Shown: piece by piece, positions 19,439 to 28,794 of the stretch | How positions within the stretch are numbered: position 1 is the first letter of the stretch | Layout of the letters: each line of letters begins with the position of its first letter | Virus record (IMG/VR): IMGVR_UViG_3300047562_002733 | Span: 1-59,637 of that record | Strand: one strand, 5' to 3' | From: a virus | Taxonomy: Duplodnaviria > Caudoviricetes | Length of the DNA stretch: 59,637 bases | Translations under genes and position numbers: made by a program | The notes under the pieces: model-generated | Seen by the model: only the letters and a program-made list of their open reading frames with translations | Database searches by the model: none | Told to the model about the DNA's origin: nothing

Positions 19439-19741
19439 TCACTTAGAAGATTTTTTAGTGCCTTTCCCAGGTGCTAGTCGCGGGTTTTTACCGTGACCAT
19501 TACGAGCCCTGTTCTTGGAAGCATTTTCCAGTTTGAATCCACCGCCAGAGGCGTGGGAAACATCAGGCCCTCCCTTGCCCATGATCCCCCTGGCACGCCG
19601 TTCTCGCGCCAACTCTGCCCTGTATTCCTTGCGATCGGGCCGAGCATTGCGCTTTTTGTCGTAGGCGAGCTTCTTCTTGTACGCCTCTGGGTTGTTGGCG
19701 TAGAAGTCAGCAGTGGATCTCTTCTTCTTGCGCTCGGCCAT
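19439..19741 (-). CDS. Basic protein with degenerate HNH-like tail; paralog of 50034..50303
   Basis: NPEAYKKK...DVSH...LENASKNRARNG. Confidence 0.7.
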   Translation of the reverse strand: MAERKKKRSTADFYANNPEAYKKKLAYDKKRNARPDRKEYRAELARERRARGIMGKGGPDVSHASGGGFKLENASKNRARNGHGKNPRLAPGKGTKKSSK

Positions 19742-19748
19742 GGTGATC

Positions 19749-19862
19749 CTACTTACTCTTTAGACTTCCGTTACTCTTTTTTTTCGCTTTTTGCTTGCTT
19801 GGTTTTTGCTGTTTTGATTGCGGTTTTGCAAATGGAGCGGCAATCATACGAGACATCGGCAT
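19749..19862 (-). CDS. Small Lys-rich peptide
   Basis: Manual ORF MPMSRMIAAPFAKPQSKQQKPSKQKAKKKSNGSLKSK filling the gap between co-oriented genes. Confidence 0.35.
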   Translation of the reverse strand: MPMSRMIAAPFAKPQSKQQKPSKQKAKKKSNGSLKSK

Positions 19863-19864
19863 GG

Positions 19865-20053
19865 CTAAATCAGCGAATTGTCTTTATTCAATTGACCCGC
19901 CTCATACTGACTTGGCCCAAGGCTGCCATCGGAAACCGGATCAAAAATTTGGCGGTGCTTGATAACAGGATGGACAGCTTTGATGTCAGCATCCAGGTTT
20001 GTGCCGTCCTCCAAAATGCGTGGACCTATTGTGTAAACAGGTTCTTGCATCAT
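19865..20053 (-). CDS. Hypothetical protein
   Basis: Coupled to 20050..20388. Confidence 0.55.
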   Translation of the reverse strand: MMQEPVYTIGPRILEDGTNLDADIKAVHPVIKHRQIFDPVSDGSLGPSQYEAGQLNKDNSLI

Positions 20054-20388
20054 AATGCCTCACAGGCTTCGATCATTTCCGCTTTGAGACTCGTCTGCTG
20101 AAGCTCAACACCTCGATCCTTGGCGTACTTGATTAATTCGGCTTTGGTCATGAATTCAAATGCTGGTTTTTCTGTTGCGCCTTCCACCTGAATTTCAACG
20201 ATAACTTCTTCTGTTTGTGCAACCGGTTCCGGCTCGGGCTCTGGCTCTGGTTGAATCTTCCGCTCCGGTTTAGGCCTACCTTCGGGCCTCCATCCCATGG
20301 CTATCAGGTCCCTGACTTCGCCCGTGAAGTAGACGGCTCGACGCTTGCCGTCTTTCACAAAATACTTGGGATAACCAGCGAGGTGCAT
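20050..20388 (-). CDS. Protein with C-terminal HeH/Rho-N-like motif
   Basis: PE repeat linker; MTKAELIKYAKDRGVEL...KAEMIEA. Confidence 0.6.
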   Translation of the reverse strand: MHLAGYPKYFVKDGKRRAVYFTGEVRDLIAMGWRPEGRPKPERKIQPEPEPEPEPVAQTEEVIVEIQVEGATEKPAFEFMTKAELIKYAKDRGVELQQTSLKAEMIEACEAL

Positions 20389-20419
20389 GATGTTCTAGCG
20401 GTGTAATTAGTGTGCCAAC

Positions 20420-20453
20420 AAAACAAAACCCCGCCTTAAAGGCGGGGTATTTT
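20420..20453 (-). terminator. Rho-independent terminator
   Basis: ACCCCGCC-TTAAA-GGCGGGGT stem with flanking A/T tracts. Confidence 0.8.
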
Positions 20454-20472
20454 AGTAGCTACCGAATCAGAA

Positions 20473-20877
20473 TCAGTAGTTCACTTCGACGGCATCCAGG
20501 TAGACCGAGAAGCCGGAAATGGCACCAGCAGTACCGCCACCAGCCACGCCAGCGGTGTAGGCATACTTGATGTTCTGGCGACCCTCCCACAGAGCACCGC
20601 GAACATGATCAATGTAGACGCCATTGGCATCCACGTTGGCCAGGTCCGAGGAGGTGATTGTGTAGAACACCGCATCGGAATCATCGGCATCCTGGAATTC
20701 GATGGTAGCATCGGTACCACCACCAGCGGCCTGGACCACGGTGGCATCCAGAACGACGACACGGATGGTCTTGACGGTGCCCAGGTCAAGGCCCATGTCC
20801 TTGGCAGCGGTGGTCACCTTAGTATTTTCGTCAAGCAGAAAGGCTTCACGAATCGGATAAGTAGCGCGAGCGCCCAT
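20473..20877 (-). CDS. Probable abundant virion protein (capsid decoration/cement candidate)
   Basis: Codon bias like the MCP, own GGTATCCTAA motif and terminator, beta-rich Gly/Ala composition. Confidence 0.5.
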   Translation of the reverse strand: MGARATYPIREAFLLDENTKVTTAAKDMGLDLGTVKTIRVVVLDATVVQAAGGGTDATIEFQDADDSDAVFYTITSSDLANVDANGVYIDHVRGALWEGRQNIKYAYTAGVAGGGTAGAISGFSVYLDAVEVNY

Positions 20878-21131
20878 GACAATACTCCTGTTGAGAATGA
20901 CGTGCCTCGTAGAGAATCGGCCCCGTCATCATTAGGATACCAAGGAACACTAGGAAAAACAAAAATGTCTTGCTTTACGAAGACAATCGGCGGCCTCAAC
21001 CCATGGGGAATGCCAAGTGATGGCGTCAATGGTAAGTTTATTAATCTTCACAGAAAAACAAAGAAATAAGAAAAGCGGCAGTACAGTAAAGCACGCCGCC
21101 GAGAAAACAGGCAAATTGCTAAATCGCAGGA

Positions 21132-21524
21132 CTAAGCGAGTGTCGGCCCTACGGCATAGAATGCGATCGATTCGTCAAGAAGTAGGGTGTTCTGGAGGCC
21201 TGCCTGGGTCATGTAAAACACCGGGATCATCGTGCCAAATTGATAGTGTTCAAGGGTAGGTGCATAAGCGAAATATTCAAGAGCACCGCCGTCGTATCCA
21301 TAGGCAAGTGCTGCATCACGCGCACCCAACTGATTCAGGTACCAAGGCGTGCTAGTAATTTGATCGCTGTATTGCTCAAAAGAGCCATAGATTAAACCGA
21401 CATTCTCGGGCTCCTTCGGCTCAACGGGGTTGTTGATAATTGGATCACGGGTCAGCAGATCACGATCACGAATCCGGTCACGCCGGCCGCCACGTCCACG
21501 CCCACGTCCACGATTTTTAGACAT
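21132..21524 (-). CDS. Hypothetical protein with RG-rich N-terminus
   Basis: MSKNRGRGRGRGGRRDR; upstream GGCAAACTAT motif. Confidence 0.55.
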   Translation of the reverse strand: MSKNRGRGRGRGGRRDRIRDRDLLTRDPIINNPVEPKEPENVGLIYGSFEQYSDQITSTPWYLNQLGARDAALAYGYDGGALEYFAYAPTLEHYQFGTMIPVFYMTQAGLQNTLLLDESIAFYAVGPTLA

Positions 21525-21718
21525 GATGAGAAAGCAAAGATTCTGGCTCTGGCGCCAGTAGGACCAGTGTAACGCCTTTGGGCTCGGTTTTTATTGAAAA
21601 AACATTAAGATCCCAGCATCCCACGCCAAGTCTGTTAGCGTGTCCACAGAGCCAACAATAGTTTGCCAGCACTGGGTTTCCGTTCCCTTGCTTGAGCCGT
21701 CCACCTGCAGCAACAGCG

Positions 21719-21785
21719 TCAAGGGATGGCCGCTGCGAGGTCGTTCATCAGCGTGGTGACGCGGGCATCCAAGAGGGCGAGGTCA
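21719..21785 (-). pseudogene. Orphan 3' end of a gene of the 23356..24114 family
   Basis: Encodes DLALLDARVTTLMNDLAAAIP*, matching the C-terminus DLAALDGRVTDLMTAIGAAIP* of 23356..24114. Confidence 0.65.
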
Positions 21786-22529
21786 GATGTCAGGGAACGG
21801 TGCAGTAGGTGGGGTGAAGTTACTGGTGTAGCGGGCAACGCCTTGGGTGAGGCGAAATTCGTCAATATAGCATAGAACATCCTTGACGCCATCTGTGTAT
21901 GCACGCCCCAATAAAAGTGTCCTGCCGTTGTCGCCACCAGGGTCATAAACTGATTCAGCAGAAGTAAATTGACTCTTTATCTGTCCGTTTTCAAATGTGT
22001 ACCAGTTGCTTCCATTTCTGGTGATGCTCCAATGAAGCCAAGTGTCACGAACAATAGTAGTGAAGGGGACGTTTGCCGCTATGTTCCAGGCAGGAGAGTT
22101 TTGCCCGTTAATGTAGGAAACAACGCTTCCGGCACTGTCTCTGATGCTGAACGGTGAGAAGATAATGTTATTAGTTCCCCCTATGTATAAGGGGCTTGCT
22201 CCTTGCAGAAATGTAAAACCTGTCGGGAAATAAACCCAAAACTCAATAGTAAAATCACTGCTGCCTAGCCTCATTGCGTCGTCTACAGCCTGTAAGTAAT
22301 CCCCGTTTCCGTCAAAGTATAAAGCATTCCCAAATGTACTATTGCCATTTGGGTACGAAGGTGGAATGGTTGATGTAGTGTCGCCAAACTTGGTAATAGT
22401 CTTGGGCGATGGGCTGGAATCCAAAATGTTGCCGCTGCCGTCGGCGTTTCCGTGGAGCAGCAGAGAGACATTGTTTCTGTAGGGATCGGTTTCGTACTTC
22501 TGCGTCCCAGTAATAATCCAACTCATCAC
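21783..22529 (-). CDS. LamG/ConA-like domain virion accessory protein
   Basis: VSLLLHG, FDGNGDYL, DFTIEFWVY, YIDEFRLTQGVARYTSNFTPPTAPF. Confidence 0.8.
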   Translation of the reverse strand: MMSWIITGTQKYETDPYRNNVSLLLHGNADGSGNILDSSPSPKTITKFGDTTSTIPPSYPNGNSTFGNALYFDGNGDYLQAVDDAMRLGSSDFTIEFWVYFPTGFTFLQGASPLYIGGTNNIIFSPFSIRDSAGSVVSYINGQNSPAWNIAANVPFTTIVRDTWLHWSITRNGSNWYTFENGQIKSQFTSAESVYDPGGDNGRTLLLGRAYTDGVKDVLCYIDEFRLTQGVARYTSNFTPPTAPFPDI

Positions 22530-22634
22530 AACACCTCCTCAGTGCGCAGGGTCCAGGTCCAGGTCATGGGATTGCAGCCCCCAGGGCGGTCCAGGTGGCA
22601 GTGTCTTGTGGGGTGGTCGTGATGTAGGTCATGG

Positions 22635-23312
22635 TCATGGCAGGGCTATGCGGCGGAAGGCGCGGACTCTGTAAGAAACAGCTTTGCCTACAGCATCTCT
22701 AAACCCATCAAGAGGGCGATAGCGGGTAGCTCCTAATACGCTAGTTTCTGTTGAACACCAGTGAAAGGGATTACTTGCGGTTGAGAACCCTTGCGAAGAA
22801 GTGCTGAACGCCTCGACGCTTGTTACTGTGGGGTAAGTAGTCGTGAAGTTAGACTCTCTTTTGGGTACCGAATAAGCATTAACGCCTACACTTGTAATGT
22901 TTGCTACCGTGGATGGTTTTAGATTAAAATAAGCAATATCAAGCTCATAGAGGCTAGGTAGATACCAATCGGTAAAACCTCCAATACTTAGATTCACGCA
23001 AAACTCAGCAGCAGGGTGATCTGCAATACCTGCTGTCACCATTGCAGCGGTGTTGGCGGCACCATCAAACTCGCTGGATGCGCCTCCAGTGGTTGTGGCT
23101 GCGGTTTTCCACTGCAGGTCGGTGGTCAACGTGTACCCAGTCCCAGTAGCACCAGTCTCGCTAGGAGCGATAATCAGCGCATGGGTAGGGTTCCCATCAG
23201 CGGTGTGGCTGATGTAGCCAGCAAAATAACCACCGCCCCAGGGTTCACCGATGACAGCCGGATACTGCTGGATGCGGCTTAGCGTCAACTTGCCTGGCAC
23301 GTAGATCGTCAT
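22635..23312 (-). CDS. DUF1566/Lcl-like domain protein
   Basis: GGGYFAG, FDGAANT, GGFTDWYLPSLYEL, WCSTE, VRAFRR. Confidence 0.65.
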   Translation of the reverse strand: MTIYVPGKLTLSRIQQYPAVIGEPWGGGYFAGYISHTADGNPTHALIIAPSETGATGTGYTLTTDLQWKTAATTTGGASSEFDGAANTAAMVTAGIADHPAAEFCVNLSIGGFTDWYLPSLYELDIAYFNLKPSTVANITSVGVNAYSVPKRESNFTTTYPTVTSVEAFSTSSQGFSTASNPFHWCSTETSVLGATRYRPLDGFRDAVGKAVSYRVRAFRRIALP

Positions 23313-23355
23313 CGCATCACCTCCCTGGTCGTAGCGTTACAAGATTGTGCGTGGG

Positions 23356-24114
23356 TCATGGTATAGCGGCTCCGATAGCGGTCATCAGGTCGGTCACGCG
23401 ACCATCGAGGGCGGCCAGGTCTAGGGATTCGCCGATGGAGTAGAAGGCGATGACATTGGTCGAATAACCGCCTCCGCCAGAGTACGCAAATACGGAAACA
23501 CTTTGTCCTGCAGTTGGGGACTGGGAGGCAGTAGATACAGTCTGAGTGGCAGAGTCTCTTCTACGTGCATACGCAGAACTTGAAGATCTAGATGTGCCCC
23601 AGAATCCAAAACCTCCAGACCACGCAGTAACAGTAGATGACCGTATGCTTGTATTGAACCCGTTAAGGAAGTTTCTACCGGCTAGGTTGTTTCCTGTTCC
23701 TATTGCAAACCCAGTTCCTGATGTATTCCATACTGCATTGTGATTGTCGTCTTGGGGATCAGCATCGTTAGCCCTGTTGCTATCCAGATAGTTATCTGTC
23801 CCATTCCCCTGTAGCCCAGTCTTACGGTTGTAGTTCCAACCTCCTTCGGTGCCGTATTTGGTTGGTGCAGTCCCCACCAACGGCACCAACGCGCCCTGCA
23901 ACGTCCTCGCCCCAGCCAAGATGCAACTTGCCTTGATGGCGCTCCAGATCCCATCCTGCTTGCAGCCGATCACGAAGTTGTTGATGGCATACCGCACGCC
24001 GGTTTCCAGTGCCCCGATACCGGGAGATGCGATTTCATCCGCCGCTTCCACGGCCTCGATGTAGGCCGAGGCGTCAACGTCAAACTGAAACCCAGGCCGC
24101 CAGGTCAGGCTCAT
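23356..24114 (-). CDS. Tail-fibre-associated/virion accessory protein
   Basis: YIEAVEAAD...FVIGCKQDGIWSAIKASCILAGARTL...AFYSIGESLDLA. Confidence 0.6.
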   Translation of the reverse strand: MSLTWRPGFQFDVDASAYIEAVEAADEIASPGIGALETGVRYAINNFVIGCKQDGIWSAIKASCILAGARTLQGALVPLVGTAPTKYGTEGGWNYNRKTGLQGNGTDNYLDSNRANDADPQDDNHNAVWNTSGTGFAIGTGNNLAGRNFLNGFNTSIRSSTVTAWSGGFGFWGTSRSSSSAYARRRDSATQTVSTASQSPTAGQSVSVFAYSGGGGYSTNVIAFYSIGESLDLAALDGRVTDLMTAIGAAIP

Positions 24115-24758
24115 TGCGCACCCCCAGGTGTGGGACGGGCATAGAACAGGATCTCCCCAGGGCGCGAGGCATCCAAGAGGCCCAAGTTCACCAGCAGCTC
24201 CAGGCCGGCGATAGCGCGGGGATCATCTAGAGCCACCAAGGGGGATGCGAACAGCTCATCTAGGAGGGCTTGCACCTGGGTGGCCTGGGCGTTGTGGGCC
24301 TCTGCTGCGTCGATTTCAGCCTGGTTGGTGGTTGCGATTGCAGCCATGTAGCTATCGAACACCGCTTGATACATCGCCGTCTCTTCTGCTGTTGGTTCTT
24401 CAATCAACGCATAGGCGGCCACCATGTCGTCATACGCCTGCTGTTCGTCGGCGGTTGGAACACCAGGGATGGGATCTGGTACGGGTACGGTGTCCTGGGC
24501 GGCAGCCAGGATGTTGCCGTACTCCTGGGGTGTGAAGCGGGCGACAAAGGCAGCGCTGGTGATGACGCCATAGCTGTTGGCATCAGCAAAGCGGTGGCCG
24601 TCTTGGGTGAGCAGGAATGTGCAGTAGTCCTCGGGGGACATCTTGGCAGTATTGGAAGCAAACACCAGCCCGTCAATAACGCGAGGGGCGGTGATGGTGA
24701 TGGTCAGGGAATCAAGGGCCATGGGACTAGCAGCGGAGGTGTCAACAGAGGATGTCAT
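24111..24758 (-). CDS. Hypothetical protein (tail fibre assembly-like)
   Basis: Follows the tail fibre; FVARFT..E and GLELLV..GLL...R motif. Confidence 0.5.
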   Translation of the reverse strand: MTSSVDTSAASPMALDSLTITITAPRVIDGLVFASNTAKMSPEDYCTFLLTQDGHRFADANSYGVITSAAFVARFTPQEYGNILAAAQDTVPVPDPIPGVPTADEQQAYDDMVAAYALIEEPTAEETAMYQAVFDSYMAAIATTNQAEIDAAEAHNAQATQVQALLDELFASPLVALDDPRAIAGLELLVNLGLLDASRPGEILFYARPTPGGAQ

Positions 24759-26527
24759 CAGCCGATCCTCCAGTCAGTGCCATCGCTGTAGACCGGCACC
24801 ACATTGGCGCCACCACCTGCAACGACGGATGCAAAGGTCGTGGCATTGGCGTCATTGACAAAACCCCTGGTGCCGGCGCCTACGGTTGCAGCAGAAGGCA
24901 GGGCAGATACGGCAACGGGATCTTGCTTGATGTAGCCGGTGCCGGTGGAGCCGTTGGTGACTTTGACGACGCCAGCGGAATCGCGGGCTAGACCAACGTC
25001 AGCAGTGCCAATGGCACTCCAAGAGTCACCTGCTGTATCCCTCCACTCAAGACTTAAGTCTTGGTTAAGCAGCATCCTATGACCAGACCCAATGAGATTG
25101 AATATCTCTCGGTCGGTTCCGCCTGCAGAGTCATTAACAAAAAACCTAAACCTTCCGGGTATAGCACTTATTCTTGCAACGTCTTGGCTAAAGTAATTCC
25201 TAAAGTAAATATATGTGTTACTAACGCCGTTAAACCCCTCTTTTAGGATTAAACCGGTTGAGTTGACGCTATTGGGACCACTAATAGTGGCAAAACCGCT
25301 CGATGATGTTGAAAAATAACTCGTACCATCCAGCTTCACATCCAACAAATTCGTTGGATCTGCGCCAGTGCCGGCCTTTTGTGCATCAATAACAAGACCG
25401 CTGGAATCGCGGGTTATTGAGGTGCGCTCGTAGTTACTAGCGTCGGTGTAGGTGTTATAGAGGCGATAGGTCTGGGCGTTGGTGCCGTTGCGTTGGGCGA
25501 GGGTGTTGGCGGCGTCGCGGGCAATAAATGCGTCTGGGCTAGAGGCATTATTATTGCTTAGTCCCAACTCCGAAACAGTTGAAAACCTTGTAGTACCAGC
25601 TCTAAACGAAGTTGTTGCGCCTCTGGTAAATATAAAATCATTGGGACACGTAAGCGCTGCTTCTTTGTTCAACTTGAACTGACTCACCCCACCCACCTGC
25701 AAATCCAGCAGGTTGCTAGCACTGGCACTTGCCGTATCGGTTACATTCAGCTTTATCCCAGTGAACGTAACCGCAGCGTTGTTCCACGACTGGCTGAGGT
25801 TGATGACAGGTGCATCTGCCGAAACGGTCTTGCCGCCAACGGTCAGCGCACCAGTGGTGGCGTCATAGAGTAGGCCGCTATCACCGGACAGCGCACCAGC
25901 AGAGTTGAACTGGACCGTCTGGTTTGAGCCTGCAACCAGGGCGACGGTGCCAGTAGCGTCAGGGAAGCTGATGGTGCGGTTAGCGGTAGCTGTCACCATC
26001 TGGAGTGTGGTGGTATAGGTGCCACCGTCATCCAGGTTGATGTCACCGCCGACGCCCAGCTCCTTGGCAGTGTCGTCCCATGTCAGGTCGGCCGAGCCAG
26101 CAAAGCTGCCGCCATCGTTGAACTGCACCTGGGTGTCAGAGCCACCAGGGGTGCCGCCACCACCTGTCTGATCGACCCATTCGGTGTCGTAGTCGTCACC
26201 ACTGGCCTTCCCGAGCACCTGGCCGGTGGTGCCACCCGCAGGGACGCCAACGCCAGCAGCGCCGTCGGCGCCATTAGCGCCGTCAGCGCCAGCAGGCCCC
26301 GGATCGCCTTGGATGCCCTGAGGGCCAACAAGAGTTCCTAAATTATCCCAGGCAGCACCATCCCAAACATAAAACTCACCAGTATCTTCTGTCTGGTATA
26401 CATCACCAGTTGTTGCACCACCAGGCAGTGCCGCCTCATTGACGACGGTGCCCAGCACATTTAAGGCACTGATTGGAGCGGCAACAAAATCTAGATTCCC
26501 GGTAAACGGGTTGAATTGAAGCGGCAT
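24758..26527 (-). CDS. Tail fibre protein
   Basis: Short collagen GXY run, GGTTGQVL.K, repeated VQFN..G motifs, C-terminal VPVYSDGTDWRIG. Confidence 0.8.
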   Translation of the reverse strand: MPLQFNPFTGNLDFVAAPISALNVLGTVVNEAALPGGATTGDVYQTEDTGEFYVWDGAAWDNLGTLVGPQGIQGDPGPAGADGANGADGAAGVGVPAGGTTGQVLGKASGDDYDTEWVDQTGGGGTPGGSDTQVQFNDGGSFAGSADLTWDDTAKELGVGGDINLDDGGTYTTTLQMVTATANRTISFPDATGTVALVAGSNQTVQFNSAGALSGDSGLLYDATTGALTVGGKTVSADAPVINLSQSWNNAAVTFTGIKLNVTDTASASASNLLDLQVGGVSQFKLNKEAALTCPNDFIFTRGATTSFRAGTTRFSTVSELGLSNNNASSPDAFIARDAANTLAQRNGTNAQTYRLYNTYTDASNYERTSITRDSSGLVIDAQKAGTGADPTNLLDVKLDGTSYFSTSSSGFATISGPNSVNSTGLILKEGFNGVSNTYIYFRNYFSQDVARISAIPGRFRFFVNDSAGGTDREIFNLIGSGHRMLLNQDLSLEWRDTAGDSWSAIGTADVGLARDSAGVVKVTNGSTGTGYIKQDPVAVSALPSAATVGAGTRGFVNDANATTFASVVAGGGANVVPVYSDGTDWRIG

Positions 26528-26530
26528 GAC

Positions 26531-26875
26531 TTAGACCTCTACAATCTTAACAAGATTGCCGCCGCTATAAACAAGCTCAAGTTCGGCGACAACAGTGCCG
26601 CCGCTGTAGGTCTCGGTTCCACTGTCCCAGATCCCCCCAGTCTTGTAAGCGACACTAGTAACGTCAGATCCTGTATATCCAAGCTCCACATAATCATGGG
26701 CCGGAATAGACAGACCTGTTACGGTCGGAATTGGGTTTCCAACATCGTTAGAAATCTCAATTCCATCCGCATTTAACTCAAGAGATGCGCCTTCAATGTT
26801 TACGGGAATCGGATCGCCAACACCGGCCAGCTTATCTCTGATTTCCCTGACGAACTGACCGAGCGTGCCAATCAC
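26531..26875 (-). CDS. Virion structural protein (putative)
   Basis: IPAHDYVELGY...YKTGG; GGCATACTAA motif upstream. Confidence 0.55.
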   Translation of the reverse strand: MIGTLGQFVREIRDKLAGVGDPIPVNIEGASLELNADGIEISNDVGNPIPTVTGLSIPAHDYVELGYTGSDVTSVAYKTGGIWDSGTETYSGGTVVAELELVYSGGNLVKIVEV

Positions 26876-26909
26876 AGCTAACTCCTGGGGCTATCTTAGT
26901 ATGCCTTTT

Positions 26910-27782
26910 TTAGCCCTCAAGTGCAGCAACTCGCTGCTCAAGCAGTGTCAGACGGTCACTGGGCTCCCACCTAGAATTACTGGCATTCCAATGAAGGACA
27001 TCAAGATTAGCCTTTGCCCCGTTTGCCTCTACGTCATGCAAGTCCTGAAGTCTGGAGCCACTGTCCGCTCGAACCATCAGTATTCCATTGTTGGCGGACG
27101 AGACGACCGCCGCCACTGGTAGTTTTACATTTGGCGCACTTGGCTCTGTAACAGTAAATCCACCAGGATTTGCCGGGTCACACCATAAAATAACACCTTC
27201 ATCGTAGTCATTCGTGTTGACCCCGCGAACCTTCCCAAATGTCGTTACAAATCCATCTGCGCCCGGAGCGATAGATTGAGTCGTCACCCCCAAAAATAGA
27301 TATCCAGGAACCGTTCCATTGGCAATCATCTTATCGACGACAAGCCTGCCAGAATTACCGATAGTGCCAGCAAACTTGACGGCAGTTCCGATGTTCAGGG
27401 TTACACCGCTACCATTGCGGCAGTACAGCATTACCTCTTGGCCAATCTTGCTGATGACTCCTCCGCCGAGACCAAGGCCAACAGTGCTATTGTCTGCGTC
27501 CCATGCTAATTCCCCTTGCGCTACTTCAACAGCAGCCGCCAAGTTAAATTTGATTTTATCAAATTCGCCGGGAGTAAGTGTAAAAGAAGAAGCGCCCCAT
27601 CCGCTTGTGGTCTTTGGTCCGTAAACATCGCCACTGGCGTCGTCAAGATAAAGATCTCCAACTTTACCAAGCGATGCACCAGGAGCGCCGGTTCCGATCA
27701 ACCAAACGCTGCCAGGCTCCAGAACACGGACAACTTGAACACCGCCTTCTTCGATGACATTAATAACAGGTTGAACAGCCAT
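26910..27782 (-). CDS. Tail fibre/minor structural protein
   Basis: GTGAPGASLGKVGDLYLD..SGDVYGPK motif; C-terminal LHDV...W. Confidence 0.65.
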   Translation of the reverse strand: MAVQPVINVIEEGGVQVVRVLEPGSVWLIGTGAPGASLGKVGDLYLDDASGDVYGPKTTSGWGASSFTLTPGEFDKIKFNLAAAVEVAQGELAWDADNSTVGLGLGGGVISKIGQEVMLYCRNGSGVTLNIGTAVKFAGTIGNSGRLVVDKMIANGTVPGYLFLGVTTQSIAPGADGFVTTFGKVRGVNTNDYDEGVILWCDPANPGGFTVTEPSAPNVKLPVAAVVSSANNGILMVRADSGSRLQDLHDVEANGAKANLDVLHWNASNSRWEPSDRLTLLEQRVAALEG

Positions 27783-28117
27783 TAGACATTCTCCGGGTTT
27801 TCGGTGTAACCAGCATCAAGTGTCGCAGTGCCGCGAATCCAGTAGTCAGACTCCCCACTAGGGTAAACAACCAATAGATCCCAATATCCATTAACAGTTA
27901 CATCTTCGGTGTCAATCGAATCTGCAACTAAATCAAACTCACCACTAGCCTGATCGACCCAGTCAATAGAGAAATCAAGCAATTTTTTGGTTCGCCTGAT
28001 GGTACTCCATGTCTGCGCATACAACGTGTGCCCAGTGCAATCAAAAGGCAACTGGAAGCGCTGCCTAAAGGTTGCACGCCTAGGAATTGTTATGTTGTAT
28101 GTGCCAGGCGTAACCAT
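27782..28117 (-). CDS. Baseplate/fibre adaptor-like Ig-fold protein
   Basis: YNITI.R.ATF...YWDLLV..PSG...YWIRG. Confidence 0.55.
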   Translation of the reverse strand: MVTPGTYNITIPRRATFRQRFQLPFDCTGHTLYAQTWSTIRRTKKLLDFSIDWVDQASGEFDLVADSIDTEDVTVNGYWDLLVVYPSGESDYWIRGTATLDAGYTENPENV

Positions 28118-28170
28118 TGGTAAATACTGACTTCTTTAGTCTTCCGGCAAAAGAAAAGCCCCGCGCTGAA

Positions 28171-28716
28171 TCAGTGAGTGCCAGCAGGAGCATACTCCCA
28201 GCGCATGCCATTTTCTTTTTTCCAACACAGAGCAACCAGGGAGGCTTCGTAAGGGTTGGCGTAATAGCCAAGAAAATTGCTTGTCTTTTTGCCCTCTACC
28301 TTTTTGCCTACGTGCGAGATATAAGGACATCCGTTTTTATGGTTACTTTTGTCAATGCAAACATTTCGATAAGGTACAACACCCTTTACCGCAGAATTCA
28401 CTCGTTGTTCTCCACGAGTGGCCATCATCAAGTTTGCGCCATTATTGTTCGATTTATCTCGATCATAGTGGTCTATCTCAAGATCGACAGGATCGATACC
28501 CGTATACATCTTGTAGATGATCCGATGAGACTTATACAGAACTTTATTTAACCTAACTTCCCAGTAGCCAAAGACAGTTTTACGCCCTGCAGGACTACCT
28601 ATAATAGTATTTTTCGAGGATTTTCTCTTCCATCGGAGCCCATTAGGTATCAAAGGGTCTAAGTCAAAGTATTTATTAAGGATTTCCATTGAGGGAAGAG
28701 GTATGTGTGGCTTCAT
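28171..28716 (-). CDS. HNH homing endonuclease (HNH_3 type)
   Basis: GLRWK...AG...GYW...HRIIY...EIDHYDRDKSNN; AT-rich; sits after the MCP terminator. Confidence 0.85.
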   Translation of the reverse strand: MKPHIPLPSMEILNKYFDLDPLIPNGLRWKRKSSKNTIIGSPAGRKTVFGYWEVRLNKVLYKSHRIIYKMYTGIDPVDLEIDHYDRDKSNNNGANLMMATRGEQRVNSAVKGVVPYRNVCIDKSNHKNGCPYISHVGKKVEGKKTSNFLGYYANPYEASLVALCWKKENGMRWEYAPAGTH

Positions 28717-28747
28717 TGGACGGCTTCAGTTCAAACTACTCTAGCAC

Positions 28748-28770
28748 AAAAAACCCCGCACTAGGCGGGG
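28748..28770 (-). terminator. Terminator after the major capsid gene
   Basis: CCCCGC-ACTAG-GCGGGG stem with U-tract on the minus strand. Confidence 0.8.
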
Positions 28771-28794
28771 CAGTAATCCATTCGCTAGAGTGAA

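Noticed and set aside
21719-21946. 75-aa ORF as an intact gene
   Set aside because: Mostly an alternate frame of the LamG gene; only the last ~21 codons are a recognisable remnant.
21783-26527. Diversity-generating retroelement
   Set aside because: No reverse transcriptase and no template/variable repeat pair differing at adenines was seen.
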